DNA from: Amphiscolops sp. MND2022
Lineage: Eukaryota
Direction: 5' to 3'
NCBI GenBank assembly: GCA_964187785.1
Contig: OZ076409.1
Coordinates: 16,680,001 to 16,744,000, forward strand
DNA length: 64,000 nt
Position numbers and translations under genes: made by a program. This document shows, in pieces, positions 1 to 11,636 of the stretch. The notes under the pieces were generated by a model. It was not told where the DNA came from, searched no databases, and was given only the letters and a program-made list of their open reading frames with translations. Numbering within the stretch: position 1 is the stretch's first letter; the number at the start of each line of letters is the position of its first letter.

Positions 1-556
1 CTCGTTTAGATTGAGATTTTGTCAGTTTGGAGGCCAAATAAGGTGTGAACGCTTTTGTCGGCCATGGAGCGCTAGAACGGACGTGTGAAAACTTGGTCGT
101 TTCACAGGCTTGTGGACAAGGACATGAAATGTGGCCATCTATGTATTTCTGATGAACATTTCTCTTGCATTCGCTCTGAGTTTTGACTGTTATTTCGCAA
201 TAATTTAGAGCTGCTTCATTAATGGCGTCATCCACGCTGAAATATCTGTCGAAAGTGTCAGTGCATCCGCATTGTAGCGCCATCTGATTCTGAACGCATA
301 TTTCCAAACAAACTTCTCGTGAATACGCTGACCAATGTGTAGTGAATTCTGAATTGAGTTTAAGAAACTTGGGCCAATCTTTAGCACAGTCACTATATTT
401 TCCGCCCATTCGATGAACTGTGTTTTGCTTTACCGCCAGAAATGTGGCTTCTCCCGCTGGAACAGACAAACCCTCTGCCCTCACCCTCCCGTTGAGGTAA
501 GGATCGTGAATGAGAACTTTTGCGCCCGCGTATGGGGCAAATAGGCCCAAGTATTC
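1..556 (-). CDS. DEG/ENaC exon with Cys-rich thumb domain; runs off the window
   Basis: Acceptor TACAG|GAA. Translation EYLGLFAPYAGAKVLIHDP...YSDC...YSREVCLEICVQNQMALQCGC...CPCPQAC...SSAPWP, open to position 1. Confidence 0.88.
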
Positions 557-893
557 CTGTATGCAGGGGTGTAAAGTTGAGCATTGTAAAATTATGTGGA
601 GTTTATTAGTTATATGATAGTTGAATAGTTTTGGTGGTTACATGCCAAAATTTGCTAAGTTAAAATCTAAATGTAAATATCCCAAACGGAATTATCGTAG
701 GTCAAAAACACCTACCATTAAGATACCATTACCCAAAAATGTTGGCCAACGTACGGCAGTTTTCAAATAACGTCCTAAAAACTGCACTCTTAAAGTAGCA
801 TTTTCCTGCCTAATTCCAATTTGAAAGAATAACTCATTTTAGATTACAAGCACTTGAAATTTTTGACCATTAGATGGTTTTTTACACCCTCGC

Positions 894-1342
894 CTCAATG
901 TCCACAAATAGGGTGAGTTTCAACCCATATTCCAGCCCAGTTTTGCTCGTCTTCTTGATCAACTCTGGCTCAGATAAATTTCTGTCTCTTATTGAGTTGA
1001 AAGAAAAGCAATTACCATGGTACGGGTCCTGATAGGTCTTGAACAAATTATAGGAACATTTTCGCCCATCGAACGTACATTGTATTATGAAATCTTTTCT
1101 TTGATGGCCATTGCTTTGAATGAGATCTTTTCGAAGAACGATGGCTAATCGAAAGTCAGCGTAATCGGGTAACTCGGCTTTATCGTACAGTGAGAAATAG
1201 TCTCCGGCTTCGATTCCGTAAAATTGGTCGGTGTTTGCGAAAATATATTCGACCCAGGATGGGAAGTCAATGTAATCATAATCGTAATCTTCATAGTTGT
1301 AATCATAGTCCTCGTAATCTGAATCTGTTGTGTTATTACTAT
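894..1342 (-). CDS. DEG/ENaC internal exon
   Basis: Manual translation (not in the ORF track): DYEDYDYNY...GHQRKDFIIQCTFDGRKC...QDPYHGNCFSFN...GLEYGLKLTLFVDIE, canonical DEG/ENaC motifs. Acceptor CATGCAG| is phase 1, matching the previous donor. Confidence 0.88.
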
Positions 1343-2748
1343 CTGCATGGTGATTGAAGATCGGATAATAAAGAAAACTGCAATTTCAAAAATTCGTTTT
1401 TAAAGATAACAAAAAAGTACATACAATAGGTTCGAACACTGACGAAATTGTTTTTTTGTCACGTTTTTTTGTGGAATGAAATTTTATGTCAAAAAAGTCA
1501 CACGTGGCCCAATAGGACCCAATAGGATTTTCAAACATTGAAAATTACAAACTCTTGCATGGCACGGGATGCACGCATCCTAATCATTAGGCCAAGTGGC
1601 AGCGCGAACAACGCTGTTTCAATCGCGAGACTATTCAGTTTGATGTCTGTAGACAAAAAAACTGTAAGAGTTGAGCACCCTGTATATATATATGCTTTAT
1701 AAAGTTCAAAAATGCTGTTATGTCCCTGTTGGATTTTTTTGTTGTAGCAAAGTATGAAAAAATCGTGGTGCTACTGTGCCTTGTGTTTATACTTCTCTTC
1801 ATAGTCGGTGCTATTTTCAAGAAGAGCAGATTTTGGTTGTATATATACAGAGTTTCGTATATATAGAATTTTGTTTTAAAAATCTCACAAAGCCAAAAAA
1901 GGGGCCCTCTAGGCTTTGTTCCGCTTTGTTTCTACTAAAAATCAAACGGGGGACCTTCGGTTCAAACAATTTCAGAAACAAAATTTCATAGTGCCGAAAA
2001 AACTCTGAAGCGGGGACCATTTGGCCTGCCCTCTACCTATGCAAACATTGAACAATTTATTATAGCGCGGGAATGGACCCGATGTAAACACAAAAGAATA
2101 CATACATCTTGTATGGAAAATCGCCTTAACCCGTAGTTCAAGTGGAAAGTATTTTTCAGCCTAACCGGCATCAGTAGCTATCGGCAGAAACTAGTGGAGG
2201 GAAAAAATTTCAAAGAAACCCCGTTTTAAAACTATATAGATTTTCCGTTTCTTGGGAAAACGAAAATTGATAAAAATTGGTATTAATCTGATTTCCGGTA
2301 CTTTTTCCGAGATTTCGAATATACTTTATAAAATTAGGTCAGGATAAAATTTAGAAAAAGGTACTGATTAAGAGGTGATTTTTCCCTTAGAAAAAAATTT
2401 TGCCAGAAAGTATTGAAGAATATAGCAAACAAGATCAAAAATCTCTCCAGAAAAGCCAATTAGCACTTCAAAACGTGATTTCTGGGAAAGTGTGAATCGA
2501 TATTTCTCCTTAGACAAATTGAATCGATCCGGAAATCTTTCAGTAAAACCTGGAATATCTCATCAAGTACATTCTGACAAGATTGCTGAAATAAAGTTTG
2601 CGATTTTCTATGATCTTGTACGGGATTCATCTCTTTAGACGTCCACATTTGTGAAACTGAGAATCAAAGTTTTTGGGAAAATTTCTTAAATTAAATATTA
2701 ATCAAAAGATTTCATATAGAAGTTATCCAATCTTCTGCATATTCTTAC

Positions 2749-4030
2749 CGTAATCTTCAGTAATAGAAGTTGCGTAATCGTTCTCATCGTTGGTATAATC
2801 TGTTCCATTTTCGCTCGTCGATTCTGTGAAATCGTTGACATCTCTTCGCTTTCTCTCTCTTGAAACAGTTGCTTTCTTGCTCAGGATTGACAAACTCTCA
2901 AAAGAAACCACATCGTTGAAAGAGATGTCAGCGTGACGACGACTCCTGTCGTTCTTGACCACTGCTTTGTACTCAATCTGGAACCCTTTGAGAGCAACAT
3001 TTTCGTCGGATCTGAATAGAATTGTCAATGTTTCATTTGTTGAAGAGATGACAGTTTGCTTTGGCACTTGTTTCCCACATACTCTTGTTTTTTTATCAAC
3101 TTTGATGACTCCGCTTTCTGAAGTCGCTCCGTCTTTGAACTGAACAAAGTCGTATTTACAATTACCCATTTCACCCTCGATTGAAACCTCTTTAAAAGTC
3201 ACGTGAACACTGTGGCCCTCGGGTGCTTTTATTGTCCACGTGCAATTCAAATCATCAGGGTAATTAGAATCGAAGTCTGGAGAAGTTAGAGTTTCGGGTG
3301 TAGACGAAGCCGTTAAATTTTCCCCACAAACGGTTAAGGTACATCCTGCTTCTAAAGATTCATCAAACGCTTCTTTAGAACTACATTCGTGATTGTTATC
3401 ACAAGGAACAGCGCAGAACACTTTATCAGGGCACTGGATAAAGCCCTTATGACAAATACCTTGCAAAGGATGATCTGCTATCGATTCCGCCATTTTTCTA
3501 TCAAGTTTGATCGCCGTACAATTGTCTAACTCTTCATCACTGTTGTCTTTGCAATTGTTGACGTCATCACAGACCCACTGTTCAGGTATGCAATACTCGC
3601 CATTAGCACAGCGAAAATGAGAACCCCCGCAAACTTCATCCCCGGAATCACTTGCACCAAAATACGACTCAGCATACATGTGAACTGATTTCATTGCATA
3701 ATCATCCAATAGAATCAAGTCCTCGTGATCTCGGATCCGACCAATCAAAGACTTGCGAATCGGGTTGTTGTTGCACACAGTCACAGCCGGAAAGTCCAAG
3801 TTGCTTCTTGAGACTATTTCAATTTCTACTTTTGTCGGATAATGCAAATACTTTCTACCCAGTTCCGAAGTCTGGTAACAAAAGACTAGAAATAATCCGA
3901 TGTAAGCCAGTATCCAAACTATTCTCATGACGCAATCTTCCGTAGAAGGCCCCGTTTGTGCAGCCGTGGCATCTTGCAATCTACGAGCCGACTCTTTCAC
4001 TCGGACGCTCTTCGGAGACGTAGTGTGCAC
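2749..4030 (-). CDS. DEG/ENaC (amiloride-sensitive Na+ channel family) subunit, large 5' coding exon with TM1, two LDLa-like repeats and a CUB domain; true start uncertain
   Basis: TM1 RIVWILAYIGLFLVFCYQ followed by the family motif FPAVTVCNNNP. LDLa CGGSHFRCANGEYCIPEQWVCDDVNNCKDNSDE. CUB TSPDFDSNYPDDLNCTWTI...CKYDFVQF...FRSDENVALKGFQIEY. Donor TACG|GTAAGA at 2749/2748, phase 1. Confidence 0.9.
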
Positions 4031-5779
4031 TTCGCCTTTTTACACGAGAAACGTGTGTCAACTTTTGAATTCAACAATTAGAGCATCATTGTTGGAAAAA
4101 ATCAATTGTTAGAATCAAAATTTTAAAACTCGGAAAGAAAGGATAAGAGAAAGAGCTCAAAAAAATGTCTTGGAGAAACTGATTAGCCACATGTTGATTC
4201 CAAAGAATTCAAACCAAAAATGTAATTGAAACATCTTTGGAAAGTGAAAAAAAAACAATTGATGTTCTCCAGTTTCGGCAATCTTCCAGTTTAATCCATG
4301 CTTCCGATGGAAAATTTTCTGTGGAAGTAATTTTAGTTCACTATTGAAAACAGTCATGTTTCTCATACCATCATTATCTTCATCGTGGTCAGAAAATGGT
4401 TTTGAGAAACCAACTGTGACGTCATCGGTCTTTGAGTCAGCGGCCATTTGTTGACAGTTGGTAGCTCAGACTGAAACGATAGAGTGATCTTACAGTGTGC
4501 GGAGGAGCTACAAACTACATGTACTAAACAGTTGAATTAATCTGATAGTTAGAACAAAGTGACGAACTGAGGATAAAGCTCATATCTAGAAGTTATCTAG
4601 AAAGATCCGGTAAGAAACAATGCACTAGGTTTGCTATACAAGCAGAAATCAACGAAAAGACCCCTTGCAGTGTCGAGCCAACTCGGACCCAAAATCTTTC
4701 CGAAATTATTCTGGGCTTTATGCAAACACGGCTATCTCTGCTGATACAAATGATCGCCCAAGATAGACTACTTCTGATATGAGGATGATTATGTTGAATC
4801 CTAAAATCATCATAGCACAGGAAATGCGAACTTGTCCTTTTTGGAAATAAAGAAGTAATTGGCTGCAAAGATTGAGTAAAGACAACGTGAAATTGATGGT
4901 GGAAGAAACAAGCCGAGAATAGCCCAAAGTCGGTGAGAAAAATGGACAGGAGAGAGATTTTAACCCGGTCGTCATACATCGAAATCCAATGCTCTACAAA
5001 CAGTTCCGACTCTCATACAAATTTCTATGCATTTAATATAGTTTTTTTCGTGCATTCGTGAGAGAAAACGAAGTCCGTAACAGCCTGGCGATTTTATTTA
5101 GCTAACAGTGCCGAGAAAAAATGTTTCTAGCAGAAACGTTTTTCGATCAAAATTTTGCACAAAAACATATTTTTAGTATAGATTTCAATGAAGTCTAGAA
5201 CCACTCCTGGAAAACGTCAAACAAATCAATGATTGAGCAAACTAAACTACTACTCGAAAGTTGAAACTACTTTTTACACTCTCAAAACTGTCAAGTTTCA
5301 AAATGCTGGTTTCAACTGACTTGCGGAACCAAAGAAGGTTTGGTTTCCATTATGCCCAAAAACTGTAAAGATGAGATGTATACACTAGCGTGATTGCCAG
5401 GACTTACCGAAAACTTCAAAAGAAGTCAAAGAGTGTAAATAGCTATACTTTTTTGGAACAAAATAGAGTTAAATCTTTTCCAATTTTTCTTTCAAAAATC
5501 GACAGTATAGTAAAAATGAAGTCAACCAGGGCCAAATGGTTCAAAAATTTTGCCTTAAAATTTTGTAGAACCTTTGGTAGAACTATTATAGTCGCATTTC
5601 ATTTCATGAAGCGCCGACTAAAAACAGCTCACACTAAAGATGAAATTTTTGTTTCTATCAATCAGACTGCTAATAACTTTCTTTCGAATAAAAGTAAGTT
5701 ATTTCTATACCAAATTTGTCTGAACATTTTATTTCGAGGAAACCGAGCTCTAATAGCTGTTTCTTTTTTTAGCGAAACT

Positions 5780-6183
5780 AAAGTGTTCCTCTTTCGATTT
5801 TTTTTCGGCACTGTTAGACTATTTTCGAAAATTTCTTATTGTCTTCAAAGGGAAACCCTTCAGTTTTCTTATATTTTGCAACAGATTGTACGGTAAATTT
5901 TGAAATTCTGCAACAAATTGGAGAAGAGGGAGGTTCGAAAATATTGCGCTATATCCAAATTTCAGACGTTATATCCGAAGTAAATTGCGCTTTACCGAGG
6001 AGCAACCGGACGTTCCAAAAGATTAACATTATCCGAATTCTTGACGTTCTAACCGAGTAATTTTAAGGGTCTCGCTTTGGGTTTTTCAGAGACTGTCGAA
6101 AAGAACACTTGACGCTTTGAAGTCCTTTTGCTATTTTTGAGCCTTAGATAGGGCGCCGAATTACGCCGTTCCCAGCGTGTTTA
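5780..6183 (+). repeat. Diverged second copy of the same interspersed repeat
   Basis: TTTTTCGGCACTG...TTTTCGAAAA and TTTTTGAGCCTTAGATAGGGCGCCGA match 7280-7505. Confidence 0.45.
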
Positions 6184-7194
6184 TATTAACTGGAGAACTT
6201 CTTAAAACACTGACAGGAAAATTACATCTGCAAAATTTTTTCTCCAAATTTCGATGAGCTTTTCCTACACATTTTATTCTATATCAGAATAAATCAGTGA
6301 ACACGATTTCAACGCATCTCAAAGATCCAAACAGTAAAATATAACTTTTCCAATTGGTCACTAATAAAGTTGGGTCATGAGTTCCTATTTTCGTGTTTGT
6401 GTGATCATTACCTCGATTGATCCTTTGATAAGTAAATTTTCCTCGATTGATCTTTGCTCAAAAAGTTTTTTGTCTTTCTGGTATCAAGTGCTCGCGAGCG
6501 GGGATCCGTATCATCTAGAAATCAGATTACCCCAAAAAGTCTTTCCGTTAGTATCATCCACTACTGTAGGCAACACAAACGAGGCCAAAGATTTTTGCTG
6601 TTTGCCTGCGAAGTGCGAAGGCATTTTTTAACTCTTTTCACACATGGCTGTAGCGGTCTTTTCGGATAATGGGGCGGCTTTTCCAACTATTTTAGAAGTT
6701 ACATTACCTATCGTAAAAAACTTTTGATTGCAACCATGTTGTTGGTTTGTAACATCAAGCTAGCAGCCTACATTCTAGAACTGGGACACTGCCTAGGTTG
6801 CTTAGACTGGGGGGGGGGACTTTTCATGCGTCAAGGAGGCTCATCATTTTAGAGCTCCGTGGCGACATAATCCGTTGTTCCTGCGACTTCCTACACACTT
6901 CCAAGGTCCAAAAACGGCAGTTAGCTAAAACGCATTTTTATTGACGGAATAAGATCTAGAATAGGAACCTGGCAGGTCAAATATCACGATATCTCTGAAA
7001 AGCTGTACTAACAAAAAAGGATAGTCACAAATAAACCACCTGGGACCAAAATTAAGCGAATTTCGTATTTTGGACATAGTTTGTTTGGAACATTACGATA
7101 CATGAGCCTCATCGAACTAGCAAGGTCCACTTTTCTTACAATAGAAGCTACTAAAACTACTAAGGCCATAAGGCCAGGTCCGGTCAGCGGAAAT

Positions 7195-7525
7195 TAGTGC
7201 AAAAGGGTCCCCCCTTTCATTTTTAATTTTTTTAACGTAATCTACAAAACCGGACGAGACTAAAGGGTCCCCCCTTTCAATTTTTTTCGGCATTGTGCGA
7301 CTTTTTTCGAAAATATTTTAATGTCTCAAAAGAGTCCGCCTTTCGGGTTTGCAACAGAATATATGTTAATAAATCCCAAAGGGTCCCTCTTTTTACATTT
7401 TTCGGCACTATGCGACATTTTTCGAAAGAAAAATAAATTCACAATTTTCAAGTTTTTCTCAAAAAATGTTTTGCGCTTTTGGAGCCTTAGATATAGCGCC
7501 GACTTTAGACGTTCCTGTCTTGTTT
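7195..7525 (+). repeat. Interspersed repeat fragment (probably a non-autonomous TE)
   Basis: Internal repeats of AAGGGTCCC(C/T)..TTT...TTCGGCA. The 3' part GAGCCTTAGATATAGCGCCGA is shared with ~6140-6160. A reverse-oriented relative lies at ~1900-2030. Confidence 0.5.
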
Positions 7526-8214
7526 GGAATAGGCATGATTCTATTTTTAGAAACCAACTGTTGCTTCATTTCATTTTGCAGCGTCTGAACGAGCCGTAGC
7601 AACACGATCAGTCTGGGCACAGAAAACTCAACATCAGAAAATCCAACACAATGCAATATACAGAAACTCAACATAAGATAATTAGCCACACTTTCGCACT
7701 TCATACTTAGTGAGATTGACATGTGAGAAATTACCCAATATGCCTCATTTATTCAGCTAATTTTCAATTTTGGTGTGCCAATCAGAAAGCTTGCACCTGT
7801 TAACCAGCAATGTTGATGAGAGAAGCCACCTTTTACAACCTCTAAGCATTTACGCGACAATGTCAGTGAGGAAGGTCGTCTTGCGAAGACACCTCTCTGC
7901 TTCGTTGAGGTAGAAAGAGAACCCGTGATTTGATTATCTGTCTCATTGGCCCAACATTGGTCCCTTTTAGAATCGAGCTTTGGATCTATACATTTACACC
8001 TGATATCTATCCAACTCTTTTAAGACGCAGTTGTTTTCTTCTGTGTGCTGCTTGAGCCGGGCTTGCCGTGGTTTTAACCCCATTCATGATGGACGTCAAC
8101 TTTGGGCCTGGGGAGCTTCGCAACAACCCAACCCTCTCGGAACTAGTGTGTAGAAGTGTACATGCAAAATGACCCTGCAAATCACAGCTGAATAGAAAAT
8201 CAAAATGTAAATCA

Positions 8215-8943
8215 TGTAACGGCAAGCTCTGGTACAGCAATATCAACCGACATGTTTAGAAATTTTGTCAAAAATTCGTTCAAATTTGACGTGGCACTCA
8301 AACATGCTCAAGACGAAGTACCTGCCAGAAAAAGCACCCCAGAAAAACAGAAATTGCCGCTCGCGACGAACAAGCACCGGAGACGACTGAAAAGACGTCC
8401 CCAACGCATACAGAACACGGTATTGTGTCCATCTCTAGGAGATATCCATTACTACAGTAAAGGAAACCAGTGTTCCAGATGTTCGCCTGAGTATCCCTGC
8501 GGTATCCTGTGTGGCAACTAGCGCTAGCGCTGGGAAGCTGAGGTCAATTTTCATCAAATGATTCTGAACTCTTGATTTCTTGTTGTATTTTTCGATGTGG
8601 TAAATTAATATGCTCGAGAGCTGTTGTTTAACATCTGTTTATCCAATTTGGTGATTTTATCAGATTCTCCAATATTACGGTTCAACCTTCATCGATTTTC
8701 AGCCCAATTTTTAAAGGCTAGTTTAGCAGTGGTCTTGAGTCTTGCAAGATGCCTGTTACTTTTAGCAGTTACAGACTAGGACCAGGCCAGAGAGTATCCT
8801 ACAAGACGGTTCCCCCACCTTGGGACTGGCTCCTTCGGAGGGAAAATGAGCTAGAGCCGCGGAGATCTAGGTCCCAGATTATATTCGCTGTTCTAGTTCC
8901 TCCACTCTACGTTGCGGTTCAAGCGCCAGCGCTTATCGTTACA
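8215..8943 (+). repeat. 5' LTR of element 1
   Basis: Matches 38575-39303 with 7 substitutions counted by eye; TG...CA ends. Confidence 0.97.
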
Positions 8944-8958
8944 TAGAAACTCTTTTTT

Positions 8959-8978
8959 TGGCGACCACAGAGGGATCG
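8959..8978 (+). promoter_or_regulatory. Primer binding site, probably tRNA-Arg(TCG)
   Basis: TGGCGACCACAGAGGGATCG is complementary to a tRNA 3' end ...UCCCUCUGUGGUCGCCA, resembling metazoan tRNA-Arg(UCG). Identical in element 2. Confidence 0.75.
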
Positions 8979-10155
8979 TCTTGGGAAGCTTTCCCTAGCG
9001 GTTTTAAAAGATCTGGCCCCCTGGTGATCAGCGCCAAGCCCGTTTTCGACTCTGGACAGGAGAGAGAAGCAGAGTTTTACCTCTTTTTAGTCGTATTACG
9101 TCTTACTGGAACTGGGAGAGGCGTTGAACCAGAGAAAATGCCGAAGAAAACGTGTTTTCAGGTGTGAAAATGGTATTTTTGGGCATTTTAGAAGGAAATC
9201 GCTCTTTATGTGTGATGTGTTGTGTACTCATCAGCGGGTACCTTTTTGCAGGTGTAGAGGACCGTAGCACGTGGCTACGGGTGTCTAACAGGTTTTTTGA
9301 GCTATTTTCAGCCATTTTATGCCATGCAAGAGGGTACCGGATGGATGGTTGACCATACTCCAGCGAGGCGAAGGAGGGGACGAATCTCGTGTTGCCTACT
9401 TCCTATTCCCATTTCTCGTGGAGACGTCCTAGAGGCATGGTTTTTGGTGGACAGCAAGTGCAACGACAGACGGTGCTAATGGTTCCACCCGCGTGTTTCT
9501 GTCTGGTCTAGATGTGGAGAAATAACGTGGTGAAGATGCACCCCCTGTGACCAGATGCGTCGCTCAGATGGAGTATGGTTGGCGAAAATTTTGAAAATAC
9601 ACCTCTTTCGATGGAGAATCGTTGGTGCAGGTCAGTGACGTTCTACTTTAAATGTAACGACACCCTACGAAGTGCTTTTCTGCGAAAAAGATAGCACTTG
9701 GAGAAAAAAACCTCATTTTTACGTTTTTTTGGTGTTTTTCTTGGTTTCGAGCACTAGTGCTCACAGAAGCCAGGAAAGTTTGGTGGAAAACTTTGAAAAA
9801 GCAGCTGCAAGGCTCGAGAAAGCCGGCACGAGGCACGAAAGGTGAAGTTGAAGCCTTTGATTGTGATAAAAGTGCCAATTTGATGCCAAAAAATGTGGAA
9901 AAAGTGGAAATTTGGCCAAAAAGGCACCCAAAACGTGAACGTACACGAGTATGGAAGTGCAAAACGACAGTATACCGCACTACCCCAAGTGTAGTTGACC
10001 CTCAGGATACTAATTGCAACTTTTGTAGCGGACTCAGGCAGCCTGGGGCTGATACAGTGCGAAAAACTTGTGATTTTTGGCATTTTCGAGCAGAGAAAGT
10101 GCATTAACCGAAAACACCCAGAGCGAAGCTTATTCGAAGGGAGCGGGCTCGAGGG

Positions 10156-10428
10156 CTCTCATTTTCAATTTTAGCAGCAAAAACAACGCATTGTGGTGAA
10201 AACCGCGTGCAAAAATTCCTTTTCGGTGTTGAGAAAAGTTGAAAAACCTTGATTTTCGGCCAGTTTCAGGAGTGCCAGAGTGCATCATTAAAACCTCTGG
10301 GGCACTCAGTGTTTTCGAGACCTGGGAGCCCGCTCGCTCTCATTTTCTGTTTTTATAATAAAAACAACGCATTGTGGTGAAAACCGCGTGCAAAAATTCC
10401 TTTTCAGTGCTGAGAAAAGTGGAAAAAC
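10156..10428 (+). repeat. Two-copy ~90-bp repeat (period ~180 bp) in the leader of element 1
   Basis: AAAAACAACGCATTGTGGTGAAAACCGCGTGCAAAAATTCCTTTTC occurs twice. The pair is also present in element 2 (~57115-57380, minus). Confidence 0.8.
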
Positions 10429-11636
10429 GCACTGAATTTGATCAATTTTCCACAAAACCGGACTGTGTTTGAGCTAGGGTCGGGTCATCGATTCCTGAAA
10501 TCTAGCCAAAAAGTGGTTGCATTTTCGTAACCACCACAAAAATTAACGTTAGTGCCGAAAATTTGGTGAGCGTATCGCTCACCAAAGTCGAGAAAAGCTC
10601 TCTGACGTTTCGACTTCAGAAAAGCACAAAAAAGCCAAAAAAATCCAAAACTGCAGGACTGTCAGTGCCTTATACCTAACGGGCACAACCAAGTGAGGGT
10701 TCATCCCAGTGCTACGGATAGTGGGGCAACACGTTGGTCCCATTTTGCCCGCCGTATCACTTTCTGAGGTGATCCTCTTGGTCAAATTGTGAAAAAAGTA
10801 GTCAAAAACAGTGTTTTTTCGTGTACAACGTACATAGTAGGTCGAAACCTCAAATAAGCGTTCGCGCTTCAATTCGACCATTTCCGTGGCATTGTAGGTG
10901 CCCACTGGCATAAACTACTAAGTTTGGTGCCAATTTGTGCGATACTTGTTGAGAAAATAGGAAAAACGTGGCACCCAAAAAGGTGTCCAAAAAGGCAGTT
11001 TTTTCTTAACTTTTCCGAGTAACCCGGGCACCTTAGCCGACGGGTGGGACTATATTGCAGCCCGCCTTCGTAATTTGTGCTAGTTCCTACGTTGCTGCAG
11101 AGAATTTGAGCTTGCTAGCTCTTTCCAGTGGACCGCAATCTTGAAAAAGACGTGAAAAGCAGTGTATTTCGGTACATAGTGGTACCGCACGTCTGTACCT
11201 AGGTGAAACTGTGTTGAAGGAGCGCAGCTCAAAACTGTGTTCATTTTCGTAAACCTACGTGTACCTGAGATCTGTTGGTCAAATTTGGGCTTGATACAGC
11301 GCTTCCAGCACACACACGAGCCTTTTGAGTGTTGTCGTGCGAATTTTGAAAAACCCTAAAATTCTTTGAAATTCTTCCTGTGAGTGACTGGAGACTTTTT
11401 GCCCCAAACCAGATCAATTTTCTCGCCCAGTGCGCTTGTGGGAAAACGCTGTGCAAATTTGACCAGCCTACGAGCTCTAGAACGTGTTTCGAAAAATCTA
11501 GGACGTTGAGTAACATCAAATTTCTTAAGTGCTCACCGGGACGACCAAGGGATCAGCCTCGAATTGAAGACCCTGGTACGTTCGGCGACCCAATTTGAGT
11601 CTTCCGAGTAATCGTGAGCGGTAACTCGATCGCTAT

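Noticed and set aside
4157..4447. Possible N-terminal exon of the DEG/ENaC gene
   Set aside because: Plausible ATG context, but I could not identify a convincing donor/acceptor pair joining it to 4030; left unannotated.
5390..5896. 168-aa ORF
   Set aside because: GTG start, AT-rich low-information translation overlapping an interspersed repeat; no motif.
6900..6925. LPFLD (Penelope-like RT motif) on the minus strand
   Set aside because: Isolated five-residue match with no surrounding RT motifs or open frame.
8252..8946. Short ORFs repeated in the LTRs (MFRNFVKN..., MPVTFSSY...)
   Set aside because: They recur only because the LTRs are repeats; no domain or codon-level signal.
10579..10911. 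Antisense 110-aa ORF in the leader, with a counterpart at 56628-56912
   Set aside because: Differences between the copies are largely non-synonymous and the stops differ. This is explained by nucleotide-level conservation of the leader, though RNAcode should confirm.
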